This document shows, piece by piece, positions 52,609-57,877 of a DNA stretch of 57,877 nucleotides. Every line of letters starts with the position of its first letter. The stretch's first letter is position 1. Under the pieces are notes generated by a model. The model was not told the origin of the DNA and did not search any database. It saw only the letters and a program-made list of their open reading frames with translations. Position numbers and translations under genes: made by a program. This DNA comes from an uncultured Gammaproteobacteria bacterium (GTDB lineage Bacteria > Patescibacteriota > Microgenomatia > UBA12405): positions 1-57,877 of the forward strand of contig CAYTYZ010000006.1 in the NCBI GenBank assembly GCA_964442385.1, read 5' to 3'.

Positions 52609-52932
52609 TCCAACCAGTACGCTAACCCCAGCGGCTAGTAAAACCGCACCTGCAGCCAAATCTCTGGTTTTCCGAGTTGCGCTATAGCTAAGTTTTAGTT
52701 CATCGCGAACTACATTAGCCAATTCTTCCAAAGCACTGTTTACCATTTCCAGCGATAATACTGCTGTAAAACACAATAAAATCGCTATCCACTCAAAATA
52801 GCTCACCTTGTAAAATATTCCTGCAAAGGTCACCAGCATTCCAATAGCTACCTGGACTTTATAGTTTCTGGCTTGAGCACCGAGCTTAACCCCATCCCAC
52901 GCATATTTGAAGCTTTTTATTAGTCTGGACAT
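52573..52932 (-). CDS. dgkA: Diacylglycerol/undecaprenol kinase (DgkA family)
   Basis: SFKYAWDGV, EMVNSALEELANVV and AKDLAAG-like RDLAAGAVL; 119 aa. Confidence 0.75.
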   Translation of the reverse strand: MSRLIKSFKYAWDGVKLGAQARNYKVQVAIGMLVTFAGIFYKVSYFEWIAILLCFTAVLSLEMVNSALEELANVVRDELKLSYSATRKTRDLAAGAVLLAAGVSVLVGLEIFLPRLFKF

Positions 52933-53162
52933 TAATTAAAACTATCATACTTTCCACCACCCTGTAAATGCATAAAACATATTTTACCCCTTGCAACATG
53001 GGATCGATAACCTTTATACTTATTCTCATAATATGAAGCAGCACCTAAAAGAATCTTCGCCACTTTTTGCTCTGCTCTTTATTCTTGGTTTCCTGGGTCT
53101 AGCTCTTACACTTTTTGCAAAAAATTCAATTTCTAAGGAAAAAGTAACCTTGGAAAGTCATC

Positions 53163-54413
53163 CTACTCAAGTACCTTAGTTTTTTCCCAAGTGTCTAGTC
53201 TTATTTGGTGGAAACTCTTTTCAAAGGTTTTCATGTAACCCTTATTTGACATGTATTTATTGTAATCAATTCCTATAATATCAGACCCATAATTAGTTGA
53301 GTACACTACCCCTAGCGTAGTCGTTTGGCTTATATCTGCTATTTGCACATCTGGTCTATAAAAAATTATCGGATCCGAAAAGTTTAAAGGAAGAAGTATG
53401 GTGGATTTTGCAGGCAGGCTTTCACTTAGTCCCTTCCAGTCTTCTCTCCACTCTATTGGATTTAAAACATAAAAACTAATCCAAAGTAAACTTACAATCA
53501 GTAATGCAATCTTGGTTTTTTGACCATATTTTGCCAGCCCAAGGCATAGTACTGGTATCAAATACAAAAAACGAAAGTATTGCATCATAGGCGCCCAAAA
53601 TGACACTAAAAATGCCATACCAATTGGCCATATTAATAGTTTTTTATTAGATTTGGCTATTGCCAATAATGCGACCCAACTTGCCCAAAACCCACCCAAA
53701 ATAAAATATAACATTTTGGGATAAAAAGATACCCGTCCAGTAAAAAACTTAATTGGTATCAAAATTAAATTCTTTATTTCAGCCTTTCCTAGGACCAAAT
53801 CCCAATTTTTTATTTGAGCTAACATTAGCTTTGAATTTTCAAGTTGCAAAATCAAAAGAGGCGAAACAACACCCAGCGCTAAGGCCATACCCGGTAGCAC
53901 CACTTTCCAATTTTTTTTATAGGCAAATAATAAAGCAATCAGAAAATAAATACTTCCGTAAAAGGTCAATAAGGCAAAAAAACCCCACAGATTAGCCCAC
54001 CATTTGTTTTTACCAATTCCATACCAAGTGCCTGTTAAAAGCCCCACACTTAACATATACATCCGAGCCTCTTGAGAATAATAAAATACCAAAGGATTGG
54101 CCAAAAACAATATACATGCCCATTTTCCACCGAGTTTATAAACAAAAATAGCTGCTAAAATACAAGCCAGTAGTGATGGTAAACGTACAGTAAGCTCGCT
54201 ATAACCAAGTAGGTCTCCAAAAGTTTTTACCACAAAATAATGCCCAGGTGGGTGAAAGTCAGCAATGCTATATTTAGTTACCAGTTCTCTATATGACAGG
54301 GATTTAGCCTTTTGGGCAGTAATTGCCTCATCTAGCCACAATGACTGATTAATATTCCCCAGTCGGAGTAAGATTAGTACTGTTACAATTAGATAGAATT
54401 TAAGCACCACCAA
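53163..54413 (-). CDS. ArnT/PMT-like membrane glycosyltransferase (second copy)
   Basis: SLWLDEAITA lies in the first loop, with more than 10 TM segments; 416 aa. Confidence 0.6.
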   Translation of the reverse strand: MVVLKFYLIVTVLILLRLGNINQSLWLDEAITAQKAKSLSYRELVTKYSIADFHPPGHYFVVKTFGDLLGYSELTVRLPSLLACILAAIFVYKLGGKWACILFLANPLVFYYSQEARMYMLSVGLLTGTWYGIGKNKWWANLWGFFALLTFYGSIYFLIALLFAYKKNWKVVLPGMALALGVVSPLLILQLENSKLMLAQIKNWDLVLGKAEIKNLILIPIKFFTGRVSFYPKMLYFILGGFWASWVALLAIAKSNKKLLIWPIGMAFLVSFWAPMMQYFRFLYLIPVLCLGLAKYGQKTKIALLIVSLLWISFYVLNPIEWREDWKGLSESLPAKSTILLPLNFSDPIIFYRPDVQIADISQTTTLGVVYSTNYGSDIIGIDYNKYMSNKGYMKTFEKSFHQIRLDTWEKTKVLE

Positions 54414-54417
54414 TTAT

Positions 54418-55305
54418 ATGCCAGAACTTCCTGAAGTAGAGTCACTAAAGCAGTCACTGGAACCTTTTCTGCTAGGCAAGACAATAGTAAATATCCAAGT
54501 CAATAACGCCAAACTGGTAACCAGCAAAGGCACCACCAGGCTATCATCAGACCAAAAAAAACAAGAGTTTACCACGGGTCTTTTACATGAAACCTTTTTA
54601 AAAATCGAGCGCCGCGCCAAAAACCTAATTTTCTATTTCAAGTCTGGAAAAATTATTCTAGTCCATCTGAAAATGACCGGACAATTAGTTTATCAAGATG
54701 ATCAAAGCCAAATTTCCGGTGGCCATCCTATTCATAATCTAGATTTACCCAATAAACATACACATATTATTTTTACCTTAAATAAGGGCATATTATATTA
54801 TAATGACATCAGGCAGTTTGGCTATGTTTTGTATTACCCAAGCCAAGTAGCTTTTGATACTCAGGCCCATTTTAAAGACCTTGGTCCAGAACCTTTTGAG
54901 GCCAAATTCAGCGCTCCATATTTATATAACAATCTGCGATCATCTAATCAAAAATTAAAATCAGCTCTTATGGCCCAATTCATTGTTACTGGTCTTGGCA
55001 ATATCTACTGTGACGAGGTTTGTTTTGCCAGCGGAGTACTGCCAACTAGAAATACCAAGACAATTACTAAAAAGGAATCTCAGGCACTATACCAAAATAT
55101 AATTACTATTTTAAAACAGGCCATCCTGTTGGGTGGATCTAGTATCTCGGATTATTTGCTTGCCGATGGATCCAGGGGCAACTACGCCAGGGAGCACAAG
55201 GTCTATGGCAGAGGAGGCGAGGCATGTTTTATATGTCAAACTATCCTTACCACCACCAAACTTGGTAGCCGCACTACTGTTTATTGCCAGCGATGTCAAC
55301 ATTAA
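54418..55305 (+). CDS. mutM: Formamidopyrimidine-DNA glycosylase
   Basis: MPELPEVE at the N-terminus, H2TH GLGNIYCDEVCF, and a C-terminal zinc finger CFICQT..YCQRCQ. Confidence 0.9.
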   Translation: MPELPEVESLKQSLEPFLLGKTIVNIQVNNAKLVTSKGTTRLSSDQKKQEFTTGLLHETFLKIERRAKNLIFYFKSGKIILVHLKMTGQLVYQDDQSQISGGHPIHNLDLPNKHTHIIFTLNKGILYYNDIRQFGYVLYYPSQVAFDTQAHFKDLGPEPFEAKFSAPYLYNNLRSSNQKLKSALMAQFIVTGLGNIYCDEVCFASGVLPTRNTKTITKKESQALYQNIITILKQAILLGGSSISDYLLADGSRGNYAREHKVYGRGGEACFICQTILTTTKLGSRTTVYCQRCQH

Positions 55306-55721
55306 TTCTTGTTTATTCTATTCTGGCTTTTAGTCTGGGCTTTTTGGGACTAAAAAAATCCAGGACAAATGCTTTTGGTGGCAACTTTTTTTTAAATTCT
55401 ATCGGCGCTTTTGTTTGGGCAGATGCTGCTATTTTTGGCTTTTTTTGGGGATTAGTTTCACTGCTCTTAGGTTTTACCGGCAATAGTCTATTATTTTTAT
55501 TTTTTCAGTCAGTATTTTGGAGTGTGAGGAGTTTAGGTGAGATCAACTATTGGCTCCACGAGCAATTTGCTCCCACAAAGATAAACCCCACTCGTCCATT
55601 CAAGAACTTTTTTTCTGGTGATTCGGTTTTGTTTGTCTATCAAATTTTCTGGCAATGCACTCTTGTTATTGCTCTGGTAGCTAGTGTTTATTTTGCCCAC
55701 TTGTGGATTAAATCATTGTGA
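55284..55721 (+). CDS. Membrane protein
   Basis: 145 aa with 4 TM segments, overlapping both neighbours in operon packing. Confidence 0.45.
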   Translation: MPAMSTLILVYSILAFSLGFLGLKKSRTNAFGGNFFLNSIGAFVWADAAIFGFFWGLVSLLLGFTGNSLLFLFFQSVFWSVRSLGEINYWLHEQFAPTKINPTRPFKNFFSGDSVLFVYQIFWQCTLVIALVASVYFAHLWIKSL

Positions 55722-56305
55722 CAAAACAGCGCATTTTTCTCATCTTGCTACTCTTGTCCCTTTTTCTTTATCTATTATTTCTTAGACATAGCTTACCCGC
55801 CCCTTCGTCAGTTTCAGCAACCATTACTCCCTACCCCAGCGCTGTTTTACCGCCCAGTCTAGAAGGGCCGTATCTAGTTACCCAAGTACTAGATGGTGAT
55901 ACTATCGATGTAGAGATTAATGATTCTGTCCAAAAAATCCGCTTTGTTGGGCTTGATACCCCAGAAGTACAAGGTCCTAATCGGTCGGCTATGTGTTTTG
56001 GCGGGGAAGCCAGCGCCAAAACCAAAGAACTTTTAACCGGACAGTACGTTTATTTAGAAACTGATAGTCCTGTTAATTTAATTGACAAATACGACCGACT
56101 GCTTCGGTATATCTACCGTGCCTCAGACAATCTTTTTATCTCCAAATACTTAGTAGAAACTGGCTATGCTACCGAATATTCCTATCAAGGAGTAGCTCAC
56201 AAATATCAATCCGAGTTTAGAAGGGCACAAGCCGAGGCTAGGTCAAATAATCGCGGTCTTTGGAACCCACGCACTTGCGCCACAGTCCCAAATCCACATC
56301 TGTAA
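55718..56305 (+). CDS. Thermonuclease (staphylococcal nuclease homologue), membrane-anchored/secreted
   Basis: VLDGDTIDV..IRFVGLDTPE, RYGRLL-like DRLLRYIY and AEARSNNRGLW. Confidence 0.8.
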   Translation: MTKQRIFLILLLLSLFLYLLFLRHSLPAPSSVSATITPYPSAVLPPSLEGPYLVTQVLDGDTIDVEINDSVQKIRFVGLDTPEVQGPNRSAMCFGGEASAKTKELLTGQYVYLETDSPVNLIDKYDRLLRYIYRASDNLFISKYLVETGYATEYSYQGVAHKYQSEFRRAQAEARSNNRGLWNPRTCATVPNPHL

Positions 56306-56980
56306 TTACAATACAAATGGATAGCTCTCCGCCACTGGTTCCCATGATTGTGGCCGATTCGAAATGATACTGGTGCCGCCTTTGTAAATACCTGAAGAAC
56401 CCTCACCTCTTGTTTTTGCTGACTTTACTGTTTCTTTAAGTATTTTCTCTCGCACTGAAAACGTTTTGTTAACTTGAATATCCATATCGCACCAATGTAT
56501 TACAAAATCTAACTCATCCTTTGGAGTCAGCTCATCTCCGTTTTTGTCAAATATCGGGTACTCTATTTGCCAATCCGATATGTTAGCAAAAAAATCACCA
56601 GTATCCCAAAGTGCACCACTATTTGGATAACTAGACCTCTTATAAATAGCTAGTCGGAAAATTTCTTTTTCTTGTCCTCTCAGAGTTTTTGTTTCTTTAG
56701 ATACAAAAAGTAGAAGATCTTTTTCAGTTAAAAACTGAACAATTTGCCTACCCATTTCAATTTGAAATATGGCCTCTTTTTGTAATGCAAATCCAGCTTC
56801 GTCATAGAAGCTCCCGTCATATCCATAGTAGCGCTCGCCAGCACTGTTTTTATCAGGCCTGATTATGACATAGTCTACGGCTCCACAAAATATTTTTTCA
56901 TCTCTTACCCGAACAGATCCCTCTGGTATAACAATACTTTTCGTTTCACCAATGTCTTTATACTCGGGAATACGGCTCAT
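56306..56980 (-). CDS. Hypothetical protein
   Basis: I prefer the start MSRIPEYKD (ATG 56980). The track start at 57010 would overlap the divergent gene. Confidence 0.45.
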   Translation of the reverse strand: MSRIPEYKDIGETKSIVIPEGSVRVRDEKIFCGAVDYVIIRPDKNSAGERYYGYDGSFYDEAGFALQKEAIFQIEMGRQIVQFLTEKDLLLFVSKETKTLRGQEKEIFRLAIYKRSSYPNSGALWDTGDFFANISDWQIEYPIFDKNGDELTPKDELDFVIHWCDMDIQVNKTFSVREKILKETVKSAKTRGEGSSGIYKGGTSIISNRPQSWEPVAESYPFVL

Positions 56981-56999
56981 ATTTACCTTATAATAACAC

Positions 57000-57572
57000 A
57001 TGAACACCAAGCCTCGTCTTCCTCCAGGTCAGCGACAAGCAAGCTCTTGGATAGCCATGCCGCCAATTCGCTGGGATTATCCCAATATAAAAAAAGAAGA
57101 TTGGAGACTAAAAATTTATGGTTTAGTAGGAGTTGAAAAGTACTATAACTGGGCTGAATTTAACACCTTAGAACAAAAAGATTATACAATTGATTTTCAT
57201 TGTGTCACTCGCTGGTCACGACTAAATCAGCATTTTACTGGCATAAACTTCAAAACCATTCTCGACATTGTAAGGCCAACTCCTGAAGCCCACTTTGTAA
57301 TATTTGAATGTGACGACGGTTACACTACCAACCTTTCGCTAAAAGAATTGCAAGGTTACGATGATGTAATTATCACCACTCAAATGGATGGATCTGATAT
57401 TCCATATAAGTTTGGAGGACCAGTGCGTGTTATAGTTCCGCAGCTTTATGGTTGGAAAAGTGCCAAATTTTTATGCGGGATTCGGTTTATCGAAGATGAC
57501 CAGCCGGGTTATTGGGAGACTCGTGGTTATCATAACCACGGGTCTCCGTGGGACGAAGAACGGTACTCCTAG
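57000..57572 (+). CDS. Molybdopterin-dependent oxidoreductase (sulfite-oxidase-like / YedY-MsrP-like catalytic domain)
   Basis: DFHCVTRWSRLNQHFTGI, GGPVRVIVPQLYGWKSAKFL and GYWETRGYH. Confidence 0.7.
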   Translation: MNTKPRLPPGQRQASSWIAMPPIRWDYPNIKKEDWRLKIYGLVGVEKYYNWAEFNTLEQKDYTIDFHCVTRWSRLNQHFTGINFKTILDIVRPTPEAHFVIFECDDGYTTNLSLKELQGYDDVIITTQMDGSDIPYKFGGPVRVIVPQLYGWKSAKFLCGIRFIEDDQPGYWETRGYHNHGSPWDEERYS

Positions 57573-57877
57573 AACTTTTTTACTCTTGTGGTCTCTATCA
57601 TCCGGTTTTGTTTTGAGTTCCAGACACCAAATATTTCTACGCTGTCGCCAACTACAATATCTGCATTGGTTATGGCTTTGCCCTTTTGCATATATTTAGT
57701 CTTGTCAGTGACCACAGCTACTTGGCTACCTTTGTTCTGGGTGTTGACGGTAATGGTAGCGGTATCTTTTCCAGTAACACTACCTTTAAACTGGGCCATT
57801 CTTTTAAAAATTGAGATATCTCTAATATATTTTGCTAAAATGGTTGTTTTTGCATCGTCAGAATAGTTTCCTCGAAT
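57569..57877 (-). CDS. Hypothetical protein, probably N-terminally incomplete at the window edge
   Basis: The track ORF 57569..57799 begins at an internal Met. The same frame stays open to the window end (..IRGNYSDDAKTTILAKYIRDISIFKRMAQFKG..). Confidence 0.35.
   Translation of the reverse strand: MRGNYSDDAKTTILAKYIRDISIFKRMAQFKGSVTGKDTATITVNTQNKGSQVAVVTDKTKYMQKGKAITNADIVVGDSVEIFGVWNSKQNRMIETTRVKKF

Noticed and set aside
52991-53179. A 62-aa ORF (or 48 aa from ATG 53033) with one TM helix, between dgkA and the glycosyltransferase.
   Set aside because: The start is uncertain, it overlaps the 3' end of the convergent glycosyltransferase gene, and it has no SD. The support is insufficient to list it as a feature.
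1-57877. Alternative genetic code (UGA recoding, as in some candidate phyla), or genome-wide TAG reassignment.
   Set aside because: All conserved genes (metK, queA, ung, mutM, korAB, tdk, the acetyl-CoA synthetase) are intact under the standard code. TGA, TAA and TAG each terminate well-supported genes. The only in-frame stop is the single TAG in the GNAT at 6178-6180.
1-57877. Search for CRISPR arrays, tRNA, rRNA or tmRNA genes, transposases, integrases and reverse transcriptases.
   Set aside because: I found no regularly spaced repeat array, no T-loop/acceptor-like tRNA candidates in the intergenic gaps, and no protein with DDE, tyrosine-recombinase, serine-recombinase or RT motifs. This was an eye scan only; tRNAscan-SE or Infernal should confirm it.

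Overview
The window reads as one contiguous chromosomal stretch from an A+T-rich, small-gene bacterium. The gene content suggests Patescibacteria/CPR, but that is inference only. It includes paired DUF4870 proteins, a CxxC-x17-CxxC protein, fused GH130 domains, an ADP-forming acetyl-CoA synthetase with a 2-oxoacid:ferredoxin oxidoreductase, and many tiny membrane proteins. The standard genetic code applies: TGA, TAA and TAG all end conserved genes. I support about 80 CDS. Recognisable core genes are kbl (partial), metK, tdk, queA, ung, mutM, mscL, dgkA, korAB, a flavodoxin, a DipZ-like thiol-disulfide module, three Nudix hydrolases, two ArnT-like glycosyltransferases and a thermonuclease. I found no rRNA, tRNA, CRISPR array, transposase or integrase. 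RNA and regulatory calls are a SAM-I-clan riboswitch candidate ahead of metK, several intrinsic terminators, and three long structured leaders. Five things deserve a second look. (1) A regulator-centred locus at 15.4-24.0 kb is built entirely of lineage-specific paralog families: three tandem small helical proteins plus a Cys-rich zinc-ribbon protein, a STAND-like/winged-helix regulator with phased direct repeats in its promoter, duplicated gene pairs A-A'-B-B', and a Pro-rich secreted repeat protein. (2) A roughly 60% G+C gene sits alone in A+T-rich DNA at 43.85-44.77 kb, with a strong promoter, a structured leader and a 16-bp GNRA-capped terminator, followed by a second orphan gene with a palindromic operator. 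(3) A promoter / structured RNA or leaderless 33-codon sORF / intrinsic-terminator leader precedes an MFS transporter. (4) A compact serpin-like protein of 292 aa has elevated G+C and a long repeat-bearing leader. (5) A GNAT gene is interrupted by a single in-frame TAG. All functional calls come from motifs read by eye; no searches were run.
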